Positions 49,995 to 63,992 of a stretch of 64,000 bases of DNA are shown here, in pieces (the first letter of the stretch is position 1; each line of letters opens with the position of its first letter). A program made the translations under genes and the position numbers. This stretch comes from Octopus bimaculoides (Eukaryota): the NCBI RefSeq assembly GCF_001194135.2, contig NC_068983.1, positions 73,716,702 to 73,780,701 of the forward strand, written 5' to 3'. Below the pieces are notes generated by a model. That model was not told the origin of the DNA, ran no database searches, and was given only the letters and a program-made list of their open reading frames with translations.

Positions 49995-52900
49995 TATACA
50001 CTTATATTTTTGTTCTTGGTCATCAGTGGAGTTGAAAACATTGAGAAAACTTAGTGACTTAAATGATACGAAACCTTAAAATAATGTTTCTCTAAATTTT
50101 GAAATAATATTCTGCATTGACCTAACCACATGCAAAAAACATGATTCATACTTATATACCTTGTCAAAATTTTAATAGAAAACATTGTGAAAAAGCGTAA
50201 TTGTATGACATTAACTTTCACATTGTATANNNNNNNNNNNNNNNNNNNNNNNNNNNNNNNNNNNNNNNNNNNNNNNNNNNNNNNNNNNNNNNNNNNNNNN
50301 NNNNNNNNNNNNNNNNNNNNNNNNNNNNNNNNNNNNNNNNNNNNNNNNNNNNNNNNNNNNNNNNNNNNNNNNNNNNNNNNNNNNNNNNNNNNNNNNNNNN
50401 NNNNNNNNNNNNNNNNNNNNNNNNNNNNNNNNNNNNNNNNNNNNNNNNNNNNNNNNNNNNNNNNNNNNNNNNNNNNNNNNNNNNNNNNNNNNNNNNNNNN
50501 NNNNNNNNNNNNNNNNNNNNNNNNNNNNNNNNNNNNNNNNNNNNNNNNNNNNNNNNNNNNNNNNNNNNNNNNNNNNNNNNNNNNNNNNNNNNNNNNNNNN
50601 NNNNNNNNNNNNNNNNNNNNNNNNNNNNNNNNNNNNNNNNNNNNNNNNNNNNNNNNNNNNNNNNNNNNNNNNNNNNNNNNNNNNNNNNNNNNNNNNNNNN
50701 NNNNNNNNNNNNNNNNNNNNNNNNNNNNNNNNNNNNNNNNNNNNNNNNNNNNNNNNNNNNNNNNNNNNNNNNNNNNNNNNNNNNNNNNNNNNNNNNNNNN
50801 NNNNNNNNNNNNNNNNNNNNNNNNNNNNNNNNNNNNNNNNNNNNNNNNNNNNNNNNNNNNNNNNNNNNNNNNNNNNNNNNNNNNNNNNNNNNNNNNNNNN
50901 NNNNNNNNNNNNNNNNNNNNNNNNNNNNNNNNNNNNNNNNNNNNNNNNNNNNNNNNNNNNNNNNNNNNNATATATATATATATATATATACATACATATA
51001 TATGTAGGTACTTTTCTGACACTGACAGTCTGGAACCTGTAATACACAGGTACTTGTATCATTCAAGTAAATTTAACATTTGTTTAAGTTAGTGTGTTGA
51101 CCGAGGCGACTATACCTGGTTCGGAAAAATCAGTTCCTCAAAAGACCGGGGAACCAAAGGTTCTGGAAAATCGATTTTAGTACTTGTATATATTATACAA
51201 TAGTGCGTAATTGAAGGGCGATTTGGCTACTAATTCTCGTTGGCTGAGTGTTTTTCGTAGAGGTCCCTCCTTCTTATGACCGTATATGTTTGCTGGGGTG
51301 TGTGGGTCTATATGCATATATACATACATTTATCATTGCATCTTGGTACTGCGTGACTGGAAGGGCCTCACGAGAAGTCCATTGATTAGAGGCCTAATCA
51401 ATAAGATGCCAAATGTTGGAGTTGGATTAGAGTTGACTAAGATATAAACTATCAAATGCCACCTGTAAATACCGATACGATGTATGTTTGTAATGTATGT
51501 ATGTATGTATGTATGTATTCATTCATTCATTGTTCCTCGAGTGTCTTGCGTAAATATCTTCCTTGCACATATATTCTATTACATTGTTTTTTGACATTAC
51601 AGTATTGAGTACGCTGTGTCATTGAGAAATATATAGACCTCTATATGTATGTATATAAATACGCGTGTGTACGCGCGTATATATATATATATATATATAT
51701 ATNNNNNNNNNNNNNNNNNNNNNNNNNNNNNNNNNNNNNNNNNNNNNNNNNNNNNNNNNNNNNNNNNNNNNNNNNNNNNNNNNNNNNNNNNNNNNNNNNN
51801 NNNNNNNNNNNNNNNNNNNNNNNNNNNNNNNNNNNNNNNNNNNNNNNNNNNNNNNNNNNNNNNNNNNNNNNNNNNNNNNNNNNNNNNNNNNNNNNNNNNN
51901 NNNNNNNNNNNNNNNNNNNNNNNNNNNNNNNNNNNNNNNNNNNNNNNNNNNNNNNNNNNNNNNNNNNNNNNNNNNNNNNNNNNNNNNNNNNNNNNNNNNN
52001 NNNNNNNNNNNNNNNNNNNNNNNNNNNNNNNNNNNNNNNNNNNNNNNNNNNNNNNNNNNNNNNNNNNNNNNNNNNNNNNNNNNNNNNNNNNNNNNNNNNN
52101 NNNNNNNNNNNNNNNNNNNNNNNNNNNNNNNNNNNNNNNNNNNNNNNNNNNNNNNNNNNNNNNNNNNNNNNNNNNNNNNNNNNNNNNNNNNNNNNNNNNN
52201 NNNNNNNNNNNNNNNNNNNNNNNNNNNNNNNNNNNNNNNNNNNNNNNNNNNNNNNNNNNNNNNNNNNNNNNNNNNNNNNNNNNNNNNNNNNNNNNNNNNN
52301 NNNNNNNNNNNNNNNNNNNNNNNNNNNNNNNNNNNNNNNNNNNNNNNNNNNNNNNNNNNNNNNNNNNNNNNNNNNNNNNNNNNNNNNNNNNNNNNNNNNN
52401 NNNNNNNNNNNNNNNNNNNNNNNNNNNNNNNNNNNNNNNNNNNNNNNNNNNNNNNNNNNNNNNNNNNNNNNNNNNNNNNNNNNNNNNNNNNNNNNNNNNN
52501 NNNNNNNNNNNNNNNNNNNNNNNNNNNNNNNNNNNNNNNNNNNNNNNNNNNNNNNNNNNNNNNNNNNNNNNNNNNNNNNNNNNNNNNNNNNGAACTCAAT
52601 TTACCATACCTATGCTAAATTTTATCGTCATTCGTGGTATATTCGCATGTTCTTATGTGTGTTTGCTATATAATCTCAAATTATATAAAAACCTTAATAA
52701 CAACCCCTTTGCTTCTGTGTTATATTTAGGTTTTACGACTGGATCTTTAGCATTGATTTCGACCAACGACTCTTCCAGTGGTTATATCGACGGAACTGCC
52801 TATTCATTATAATAAGTGGTGTTTGTATTCTGCCGACACGTCGTACCCTTCAATCACTCTTGGTAGATCAGGATCAGACCATAGTTTGTAGAAAGCATGG

Positions 52901-54304
52901 ACTCTCGAGATTGTTTCCGTCTAACGAATTTTATTCCCAAGTGTTTGTTGGGTCGTCTCGAGTCTTATGACATAGGTTTTATGCACCTTGTCCGTGTTTC
53001 CTGGAAGTGATCCGGCCTGAACTATCGCTATCTTATTGCTTATAATCTCTACTCAGTCACTCTGGTCCATAAAAAGATAAGATAAAATCGAAAATTTACT
53101 GCCAACTGCATTAACTTTCTCACGTTCTAATCTGGTTTGGTTTAAGGAAGTCAACCCATTGTGTTCTCTCCTCAAATTAATTTGTTTGTTTGTTTGTTTG
53201 TATGTGCAGGGCGTGTGGCGTGTGTGTGTGTGTTGGTAAGACGTGTATGTGTTTGTGGTGTATATGTGGGGTGAGTGTGAGGTGTGTGTGGTGCATGCAT
53301 GCGTGTGTGTATGTGTGTGTATGCGTGTGTGTGTGTGCGCGTGTGCTTATGTGTGTGTGTGCGTGTATATGGAAGAAGTGGCGGGGGCGAGTACTGACTG
53401 AACTTATTTCCATTGGTGGCGAGAAAAATTCTGAACGGTTACATACGTACACTCCATGGTTTAACTGTGACCCAAGTCAACACCGACAAAGAGGCTTTAC
53501 GACAAATAAATAAATAAATAAATAAACAAACAAAACATTTCACACTACAACACTTGCGCAAAATCAATTTTGACTCCTTTCTACTTTCACTTTCTCTCTG
53601 TCTCTTCAATTCTATGTCTGTTTCTCTACATCACTGGCTCCAAAACCACAACAACCTTGGACTTTTAATTAATTGTTTATATAATTATGAAGGGGAGACT
53701 ACAGGCACATAGCATAAGCGCGGAGGCGGAGGCGGAGACAAAGTGGTAGGGGAAAGCAAGAGACCATCATTATTTAATTATAATTTAAATACCTCAGCTA
53801 CTAAATTATATCACTAGATATTATTGCACATAGGTACTCACGCACGCACACATACTACATATATTACGATCGTTACTCCTAGTTTCTCGCCACCGGACTT
53901 ATACGCCGATTAACATAACCGTTTGAAGATGAGCAACGAGGAACTCCGAGTAACGGCTTTCAGTAAATTATTTCACTATTTTTAGTATCGAGTACTCTTT
54001 TTATCCGACCCTCCTGTTTATAATCACATGCGTATACACACTCATTCACACTCACACACACAGTCACACACACACACTCGCACGCACACAGAGGCACACA
54101 AACGCGTATGTACACACATCACACATGTGTGTAGCATTCTCTTGTTTATGTTTGCACATACATTACATCATATTTGTTTACATTATATAGTCTGTTAATT
54201 GTTTCATTAACAAGCGTTTATACATACATACGTACATACATACATACATACATACATACATACATACGTACATACATACATTCATACGTACATGCATACA
54301 TACA

Positions 54305-54338
<34 letters not shown>

Positions 54339-54409
54339 CATACATATACACTCACACACATGCACACATCTATAATCTATCTATCCATATGTATGTACAT
54401 TCACATATA

Positions 54410-54728
54410 AATCGTGAGGTGTGTTTCTTAGTGGTTCGGGTTTCGGCTCACGATCGTAAGGTCGTGAGTTCAATTCCCGGCGACGCGTTATGTCCTTGAG
54501 CAAGACACTTAATTTCACGTTGCTCCAGTCTAGTCGACTGTCAAAAATTGAGTCGTACCTGTAATTCAAAGGGCCAGCCTTGACACGTTCTGTGTCACAG
54601 TGAAATCTCACCGAGAACTACGTGAACGGTATGCGTGTCTGTGGAGTACTCAGCACGTTAATTTCACCAGCAGGCTGTTCCGTTGAACAGATCAACTGGA
54701 ACACACATTGTCGTAACCGACGGAATGC
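54410..54728 (+). mobile_element. Chimeric SINE: family F head and CORE-like domain plus family B 3' half
   Basis: tagtggtt...gagttcaattccc...gtccttgagcaagacacttaatttcacgttgctccag then cctgtaattcaaagggccagccttg...gtcgtaaccgacgg. Confidence 0.78.
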
Positions 54729-54998
54729 TATTTGTTATATAAACCTTAAGCATTATATGTATATAAGTTTGTATGCATAAACATCTATACGATACTTGCG
54801 ACACAGTGGCAAATATAAATACATCAAAGAAACAACCTATGTATCATGTTATTCAAACAGAGAAATAAATGTTATCATGCTGGGAGGGTTATTTGCGGAC
54901 ATTGAACATTACTTATTTCCTCAAATCCCTCTATTTTACTATATATTATTTTTTTCAAATCCAGGTCATCATTATTCGAACAAACCGTTCGTCTGAGG

Positions 54999-55233
54999 CA
55001 GTGGTTTTCAACTGGGGTTCATATAAGATTTTGTTGCTAAAATTTATGTCTAATGAATTCGTTATACTTCTTCAATGGACTAAATGTTTTAACATTTTTA
55101 ATGCAATTCTTAATAATATTTAATAATAAAAATATAGTAGGATTTTTTAAACATTAAATAATCTATGAGGGTCCACCCGAATAAAATAGGAATGGAAGGG
55201 GTCCACAGGCAAAAAAATGCTTGAGAACAACTG
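54999..55233. mobile_element. hAT (Charlie/Buster-type) MITE
   Basis: TIR CAGTGGTTTTCAA ... TTGAGAACAACTG; 8-bp TSD gtctgagg / gtctaagg. Confidence 0.85.
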
Positions 55234-56119
55234 GTCTAAGGCATTCTAGCCCCAACCACATTGTTTTGTTTTCTTCTGTTGTTGTAATTATAGGATTACG
55301 TTGCCCTATGTGTATTTCTTTTATTAAAACTATGGTATGATTTGAGAGAATTTGGTTGTTATTTTTAGAAAATCAAGTGACCTGCATATAGGATCTCTCT
55401 CGTTGGCTCAATAATGTAGCAGATAAAGTACCGGGAAATTCGTTCACTACTTTCGCTGTCTCCGTCGTCTAGCTACGTTAGTTACACATGCTGTGATGGT
55501 GCTATATGTCTTATTGAAAACTTAAACGAGAATTATCCGTGATATAAGTGTTAAAATTCGATATGAACTAATAATAGACAATCGGTGGTAATGGTGGTGG
55601 TGGTAATAATTGTGGTGATGGTGGTGGTGGTGCTAGTTTAGTCGGTAGAGGTGGAATTGCGAATACACCCACACTCATAGATACGCATGTATGTAATGTA
55701 TGCATGGCTGGATGGACGGGATGGAGGGTGAGGTGCAATGTATATAAATAATGTGAGTGTATGGAGGGACGGACGGGTAGGCGGGTGGGCAGATGGCTGG
55801 ATAGGTGGACTGCAATTAAGGTGAGAGTATGACTGGATGGAATAGATGGAAGGATTGATGGATAGAAGTAAGGTATGTAAATAATTCTTTCTAATGTTGG
55901 CACAAGAGAACTAGTTAGTTCATTACATTGACCCCCACCAGAGCTTAACTGGTACTGATTTTATTGATCCGGAAATGATGAAATGCAAAGTTGACCTTGG
56001 TGAAATTTGAACCCAGAACGTAAAGACACGAAATGTCACCAAGCTTTTACTCGCCACCAATGTATATAAATAACGAGCATTTCTATACGTATGTGTGTAC
56101 ATATATATTTACATACTTG

Positions 56120-56348
56120 AAGGCGGCGAGCTGGCAGAATCGTTAGCACGCCGGGCGAAATGCCTAGTGGTATTTTGTCTGCTGTTATGTTCTGAGTTCA
56201 AATTCCGCCGAGGTTGACTTTGCCTTTCATCCTTTCGGGGTCGATAAATTAAGTACCGGTTGCGCACTGTGTTGATGTAATCGACTTAATCCCTTTGTCT
56301 GTCCTTGTTTGTCCCCTCTATGTTTAGTTCCTTGTGGGCAGTAAAGAA
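56120..56348 (+). mobile_element. Family C SINE with alternative tail
   Basis: aaggcggcgagctggcagaatcg head; perfect 19-bp TSD atatatatttacatacttg at 56101-56119 and 56349-56367. Confidence 0.9.
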
Positions 56349-56924
56349 ATATATATTTACATACTTGCATGTGTATGTGTGTGTGTGTGTAGGCATACAT
56401 GTATGTATGTATGTATGCATGCATTTTAAATAAACAACAACTTAACCATTCGCGACTATGGGTCTGTGTGCTGTGAGTTCCAGTATTGCTGAGGTCAACT
56501 TTGTCTTTCAGCCTATCGAAGTCAATAGAAAAATACTGCTGTTCGAATGAGTCTGCCATTTCTCAATCAAATCTTGATTGAGTGGACCTTCGATCAAAGA
56601 TCTTTCTACAAAATTCATTTGATCTTCGTGTTATATTTCTTTTTCCTGTCATTGTATATTTAGGACTATATTACCTATCGTGAACTTAGCTCTTTTAAAG
56701 ATGATAAACAATGTACAATTTGGGGGAGAGTTTGTTTGCCATTTCTAACATGTCAGACAACCATGTAGTCACAAGTGTAGCTAGAGGGGGTGGTCCACCC
56801 TGGTTGAAACCACTTTTGGGCCTGCTGTAGGCAATATGTATTTTTTACGAGGGCCTGGGGGTTGGCAAACTGAAGGGTTGCCCTGGGCAGCACACACTCT
56901 AGCCACTCTAGTACATGTAGTGAC

Positions 56925-57933
56925 TCTCTCTACTCTTTTTACTCTTTACTCTTTTACTTGTTTCAGTCATTTGGCTGTGGCCATGCTGGAGCACCGCCTT
57001 TTAGTCGAGCTAATCGACCCCAGGACTTATTCTTTGTAAGCCGAGTACTTGTACTATCAGTCTCTTTTGCCGAACTGCTAAGTTATGGGGACGTAAACAC
57101 ACCACCATCGGTTGTCAAGCGATGTTGGGNNNNNNNNNNNNNNNNNNNNNNNNNNNNNNNNNNNNNNNNNNNNNNNNNNNNNNNNNNNNNNNNNNNNNNN
57201 NNNNNNNNNNNNNNNNNNNNNNNNNNNNNNNNNNNNNNNNNNNNNNNNNNNNNNNNNNNNNNNNNNNNNNNNNNNNNNNNNNNNNNNNNNNNNNNNNNNN
57301 NNNNNNNNNNNNNNNNNNNNNNNNNNNNNNNNNNNNNNNNNNNNNNNNNNNNNNNNNNNNNNNNNNNNNNNNNNNNNNNNNNNNNNNNNNNNNNNNNNNN
57401 NNNNNNNNNNNNNNNNNNNNNNNNNNNNNNNNNNNNNNNNNNNNNNNNNNNNNNNNNNNNNNNNNNNNNNNNNNNNNNNNNNNNNNNNNNNNNNNNNNNN
57501 NNNNNNNNNNNNNNNNNNNNNNNNNNNNNNNNNNNNNNNNNNNNNNNNNNNNNNNNNNNNNNNNNNNNNNNNNNNNNNNNNNNNNNNNNNNNNNNNNNNN
57601 NNNNNNNNNNNNNNNNNNNNNNNNNNNNNNNNNNNNNNNNNNNNNNNNNNNNNNNNNNNNNNNNNNNNNNNNNNNNNNNNNNNNNNNNNNNNNNNNNNNN
57701 NNNNNNNNNNNNNNNNNNNNNNNNNNNNNNNNNNNNNNNNNNNNNNNNNNNNNNNNNNNNNNNNNNNNNNNNNNNNNNNNNNNNNNNNNNNNNNNNNNNN
57801 NNNNNNNNNNNNNNNNNNNNNNNNNNNNNNNNNNNNNNNNNNNNNNNNNNNNNNNNNNNNNNNNNNNNNNNNNNNNNNNNNNNNNNNNNNNNNNNNNNNN
57901 NNNNNNNNNNNNNNNNNNNNNNNNNNNNNNNNN

Positions 57934-57976
<43 letters not shown>

Positions 57977-58137
57977 TACGACGGGCTTCTTTCAGTTTCC
58001 GTCTACCAAATCCACTCACATGGCTTTGGTCGACCCGAGGCTATAGTAGAAGACACTTGCCCAAGGTCCCACGCAGTGGGACTGAACCCGAAACCATGTG
58101 GTTGGTAAGCAAGCTACTTACCACACAGCCACTCCTG
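56925..58137 (-). mobile_element. Family A SINE spanning an assembly gap
   Basis: Tail at 56925-57129, head at 57978-58137; may be one or two copies. Confidence 0.75.
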
Positions 58138-58344
58138 AACAGAAAAAAAATGGATGATCATAGCTGGAATGTGTAAACCAGTGATTCTTAAGCATTTTTT
58201 TGCAGCCCCACTGTTGTTATTCTTAGCACCCACCTATGTGGTGAGTGAGGTATCACAACTAAACTAACATACCATGGATAATGATTTATAAATTTTACTC
58301 TAAAAATGGATTGTATTGTATAAACTTTTAACAGTGAAATGATT

Positions 58345-58752
58345 CAGAAGTGGCTGTGTGGTAAGTAGCTTGCTTACCAACCACATGGTTCCGGGTTCAT
58401 TCCCACTGCGTAGTATCTTGGGCAAGTGTCTTCTACTATAGCCTCGGGCCGACCAAAGCCTTGTGAGTGGATCTGGTAGACGGAAACTGAAAGAAGCTTG
58501 TCGTATATATGTATATATATATATATGTGTGTATGTGTTTGTGTATCTGTGTTTGTTCCCCAACATCGCTTGACAACCGATGCTGGTGTGTTTACGTCCC
58601 CGTAACTTAGCGGTTCGGCAAAAGAGACTGATAGAATAAGTACTAGGCTTCCAAAAGAATAAGTCCTGGGGTTGATTTGCACGACTAAAAGGCAGTGCCC
58701 CAGCATGGCCACAACCAAATGACTGAGACAAGTAAAAGAGTAAAAGAGTAAA
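58345..58752 (+). mobile_element. Family A SINE (A1), full length
   Basis: A box TGGCTGTGTGG, B-box-like GGTTCATTCCC, (AAAGAGT)n tail. Confidence 0.9.
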
Positions 58753-59047
58753 GACAAAAGTTATCAATTTACTTTTTGAAAGCTAATGTCTTCTCTGCAC
58801 CTGATGAGATCTCATTATACTTTAATAACCGTTACTGCTTTTAATATAATTATTACTACAGGTAGAATTTAGCATGTTAATTATGTCACCCCCNNNNNNN
58901 NNNNNNNNNNNNNNNNNNNNNNNNNNNNNNNNNNNNNNNNNNNNNNNNNNNNNNNNNNNNNNNNNNNNNNNNNNNNNNNNNNNNNNNNNNNNNNNNNNNN
59001 NNNNNNNNNNNNNNNNNNNNNNNNNNNNNNNNNNNNNNNNNNNNNNN

Positions 59048-59290
59048 AGGGGGTCCGTGGACAGCAAATACTTTTTATGGGCAATTTGATTTTATATATG
59101 TTTTTTAATCGAAATCTTTTAATTGACAATAAACCTATTTGTTAAATACTGTTAAATAAATAAATGTAAAAATATATGTTATTTTAAGCAAATATTTATG
59201 TATAAATTTCATAAGCGTTTATAAGGGGGTCCCTAAGGTAAAGCCTGAAATATAAAGGGGTCCACAAGTCAAAAAGTTTGAAAACCCCTG
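59048..59290. mobile_element. hAT MITE, right part (same family as 54999-55233)
   Basis: ggggtccacaagtcaaaaagtttgaaaacccctg followed by gtctaaac; left end lost in gap. Confidence 0.7.
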
Positions 59291-59736
59291 GTCTAAACAA
59301 TGACAACTGCTATTATCTACTAGTCCTGCCACAGCTACTGCTGCTACCACTGCTACCACCACTACCACCAACCAAGTCAAGGAAGCTGCACTTTCATGGT
59401 TGCTTGACCTACATGAAACAGTAGCAAGACAAAAAGAAAATCAAATTAGTTTTGTGTATTGTTTTCCTTACACTTTCAGAGCGTAAGATATGAATGAAAA
59501 CAAGTTCTTTATGATATTTTTTTTTCATGCCATTTGTATTTAAATTGCTCTTGTTATTGTTTTGCTCTAGGTCAACCATGCTTGTGCCGATGTTGTTGTT
59601 GTTGCTGTTGCTTTATCCTAGCTCAACTTTCATTGAAAGAGATTTATATCCAAAGTTTTTCCTGCTGTAACACACCCGTTCTTTTTTTTTCTTTTTTACC
59701 CATAGTATATTTAGGATCACTGAGGTGTGGCAGTGG

Positions 59737-59768
<32 letters not shown>

Positions 59769-59902
59769 AGTTTTCTTTATAAGTACATGATTTTGAGTTC
59801 TACCTCACTGCATGGCACTTTGAGTAAATGTTTTTTTACTAGACTCTTTGGATCAACTAAACTAAGTTGAAAATTGGGAGACAGAAACTGTACAGAAGCT
59901 CG

Positions 59903-60335
59903 TTGTGGTGAAAAAGGATCTTCAGACATTGGATCTTCAGACATTGGATCTTCAGACATTGGGCCTCACAGAGGGAATGACAAGGAACCATCACTCTGGC
60001 AGTTTGCTTTGCTTGAGAAGACATGTCAGGCTAAGTAAAATCATGGTTGTCCTGGCATACAAGCATGTCCCTGCATCCCTCTTCAACTGAACGATCCTAA
60101 TCTTGCGGGTTCTTGGCCTGCTGGTGCCACATAAAAGTCACCAGTACCAGTGCCATGTAAAAGCACTCATGCTGGTGATGCATAAAAAGCATCCAGTACA
60201 CTTTGTAAAGTGGTTGGCATTAGGAAGGGCATCCAGCCATGGAAACCATGCAGCACTACAGCTGGCCAGCCCCTGTCAACCTGTCCAACCCATGCCAGCA
60301 TGGAAAATGAACATTAAATGATGATAATGATTACG
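59903..60335 (+). mobile_element. 5'-truncated RTE LINE: ORF C-terminus plus 3' UTR
   Basis: VVKKDLQTL(x3)GLTEGMT resembles the RTE ORF end; followed by the shared (TGA)n-terminated tail. Confidence 0.75.
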
Positions 60336-62162
60336 ATGATGATAACGAGGATTATGATGATGATGATGATGATGATGATATATATACTCTCTCTCTTTTA
60401 CTCTTTTACTTGTTTCAGTCATTTGACTGTGGCCATGCTGGAGCACCGCCTTTAGTCGAGCAAATTGACCCCAGGACTTATTCTTTGGATACCTAGTACT
60501 TATTCCATCTGTCTCTTTTGCTGAACCGCTAAGTTACGGGANNNNNNNNNNNNNNNNNNNNNNNNNNNNNNNNNNNNNNNNNNNNNNNNNNNNNNNNNNN
60601 NNNNNNNNNNNNNNNNNNNNNNNNNNNNNNNNNNNNNNNNNNNNNNNNNNNNNNNNNNNNNNNNNNNNNNNNNNNNNNNNNNNNNNNNNNNNNNNNNNNN
60701 NNNNNNNNNNNNNNNNNNNNNNNNNNNNNNNNNNNNNNNNNNNNNNNNNNNNNNNNNNNNNNNNNNNNNNNNNNNNNNNNNNNNNNNNNNNNNNNNNNNN
60801 NNNNNNNNNNNNNNNNNNNNNNNNNNNNNNNNNNNNNNNNNNNNNNNNNNNNNNNNNNNNNNNNNNNNNNNNNNNNNNNNNNNNNNNNNNNNNNNNNNNN
60901 NNNNNNNNNNNNNNNNNNNNNNNNNNNNNNNNNNNNNNNNNNNNNNNNNNNNNNNNNNNNNNNNNNNNNNNNNNNNNNNNNNNNNNNNNNNNNNNNNNNN
61001 NNNNNNNNNNNNNNNNNNNNNNNNNNNNNNNNNNNNNNNNNNNNNNNNNNNNNTAAGTTTATATATATATATACATGCTCTTAAATACAAAGACCCTCCC
61101 CGGTGAAGAATGTACCCTGAACATAGTTATTAGTGACTTTTCCATGCCAGCATGGAAAAGGGACGTTAAATGATGATGATGATGATGATGATATACATAT
61201 ATGTATATGTACATACAGATATGACTGTGTGGTAAGAAGCTTGCTTCCCAACCACATGGTTCCAGGTTCAGTCCTACTGCATGGCACCTTGGGCAAGTGT
61301 CTTCTACTATAGCCTCGGGCTGATCAAAGCCTTGTGAATGGATTTTGTAGAAGGAAACTGAAAGAAGCCCATTGTATATATATATGTTTGTGTGTCTGTG
61401 TTTGTCCCCTCATCATCACTTGACAACTGATGCTGGTGTCTTTATATATATATAATGTGAGTTTAGAGGAATATATTATCTGGGTGGATACTGTGGTAGC
61501 TCTCAGTTATGTTCCAGGTTATGGCTAACCACATTGATTAGTATTTAACGTCTATGGCTACTAGAAGTTGTCACTCATGCTGTAAATTCCTCTCTGATGG
61601 GTAATTCTGTGTTCACTTCAGTGGATGGTAATATTATCTAGAGTGTATATTAGCAATAATTACAACAATAGAGATAACAGAAATTGGTACATACTCAAAA
61701 TTTATTTCTTTTTACTTTACGATGATATACAACATATTTTTATGGCTACGATGACCTACACGTGTTTCCACTGCACAGAGTATAATCAGCTGCATATACA
61801 ACTGAGCATAATTTTCTGTGCAGCTTTGTTCTGGATTTTTCAACCAGCTTATGCTCAAAGTGAACATTTTAAAATAAAAGGAAATAAATATATATATATA
61901 TTCTGAGTTATCCTTTATTCTCATAAAGTTGGACATGTTTATAGGTTCATGGTTTATGGTGCTTACATGGTGCCAGTGCCTTGTAAAAAGTGCTCAGTAC
62001 ACTCTGTAAAGTGGATGGCCTTAGGAATGGCATTCAGCTGTAGAAGCTATGCCAGAGCGGACATTGGAGTTTGGTACAGTCCTTTAGCTCACCAGCTCCT
62101 GTCAAACCGTCCAACCCCTTGCAAAACAGATGATAAATCATTATGGGGATGATGGTGTGTGC

Positions 62163-62200
<38 letters not shown>

Positions 62201-62979
62201 CAATAATGATATTCCACTTCTTCACTTGTTACAGTCTGAGAGAAAGAGTGATGTGTTGTTTACATTTCCTGTTGCTGTAACAACTGCTTATACCAACATT
62301 GCATTTTCTAAGTCCAGTATATGAAGAAATCTCTTACTTAAAAAGCAGGGTTGGCAATAGGAAAAACATCTGGTCATAAAATGATGCCTCTGAATAAGTC
62401 TCTATCCAACCCATGTCAGCAAATTAACAAATGACTGAGTGAATAAACAAATGTTTAGGAATACATTATTTAGTCTGTCCTCTCTATTTCTGTTGGGAAT
62501 ATATAGTTTAAGGGAAATTTAACGGGCGTTTCTAGCTGGTGAAGTGACTGTATATAGTTTCCATTGTTTACTTGTTGCTAGAGCAGATGTATGTATGCTG
62601 CTGCATATGCTAATAACTTGGTTGTTGTTCTGGCAAAATCACTTATATTTATTGGTTACTGTTAATCCTTGGAGCATTCAGCTTTCAGGAGTCAGTAAGT
62701 GTGTGTTGGTTGAACAATGAGGTTAATATAATTGATGAATATACTCCCTCAAAATTCTTATTCTGGTAACTAATTAATGGTGACTAGCAGAATTGTCAAG
62801 GCAAAAGGAAAAAGCTTTGGTCTACATTTTCAAGTGAAATCCTATAGAGGTTAACTTTGTCTTTCCTCCACCTGTCAAGTGCCTGATAAAATAAATAAGT
62901 CAAATTCAAGATTTGATTAATAAACTGTTCCCTAATGCTTACATTTGTAGCTTTATATTTACAAGGCTTTACTACCACA

Positions 62980-63042
<63 letters not shown>

Positions 63043-63804
63043 GGAAGCTCATCATGTTTGAAGATCATGAGAAAGCAGGAAATTCTTAAATGATTATGTA
63101 AACCAATCCTTGAATGAAAGGCTTTGGTGCACTTGTGGCATGTTAAGATAGGAATTGTGACAATGACTCTTCTTTCTTTTGGCACCAAAAAAGTAATCTA
63201 CATACACACACACACACATGCTTGCGTGCACACATGCATGCACACACACAAGATGAAGTTTGTCTATTTGCTATAGAAAATCAATGAGTTGAATTTATAT
63301 ATTCAAAATGAACTTCATAATAACCAGTTCTTTACAATCAAATTAACAAAACCATTTATTTAGTTATTTGCACAGTATTTAATTATGATATTTAATTTTG
63401 AAACTAAAATCAATGATTATTGTTTACAGTGTACATTACAAAATGTAAATATCTGATATAGGAAGAGATTAAACTTTCCTCTCTTGGAGTTCATAACTAC
63501 CTTTAAAAGGAATATAAACATGATGGTATAATTTTGGCAGTTTCAGACAGACAATTTAGTTACAATTTAATTTTAAAAAAATATTTAATTTAAACAATAT
63601 TGTTATACCTTTTTGAAAAAAAATGCTCTTTTTATGCTTTCTTACTGACAATATACTGCTCCACCCCTACCCTACGATGCAGTTTATTGATCAAAATGAA
63701 GTTGCTACTTATTCAATGGGGCTTCTAAATTCTTTAGAATTTTCAGGATTGTTTTTTCTTGGAGATTATATAATACTTTACTGAAATTTATTTCAGCCTA
63801 ATTT

Positions 63805-63992
63805 TGAGGAAAGGGGTAAGTCAATCACATCAACTCTAGTACCTGACTGGCACTTATTTTACTGATCTTGAAAGGATAACAGGCAAAGTTGTTGATCTCG
63901 GTGGAATTTGAACCTGGAATGTAAATTCAGACAAAATGCCACTATGTATTTTGTTTGATGTGCTAATGATTTTGCCAGCTTGCTGCCTTCAT
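63805..63992 (-). mobile_element. Diverged family C SINE
   Basis: ggtggaatttgaacctggaatg...ttttgccagcttgctgcctt. Confidence 0.7.

Noticed and set aside
58800-58830. CTGATGA motif
   Set aside because: No downstream GAAA or pairing.
59916-59960. CRISPR-like direct repeats
   Set aside because: No spacers, eukaryotic context, lies within an RTE fragment; no CRISPR array in the window.
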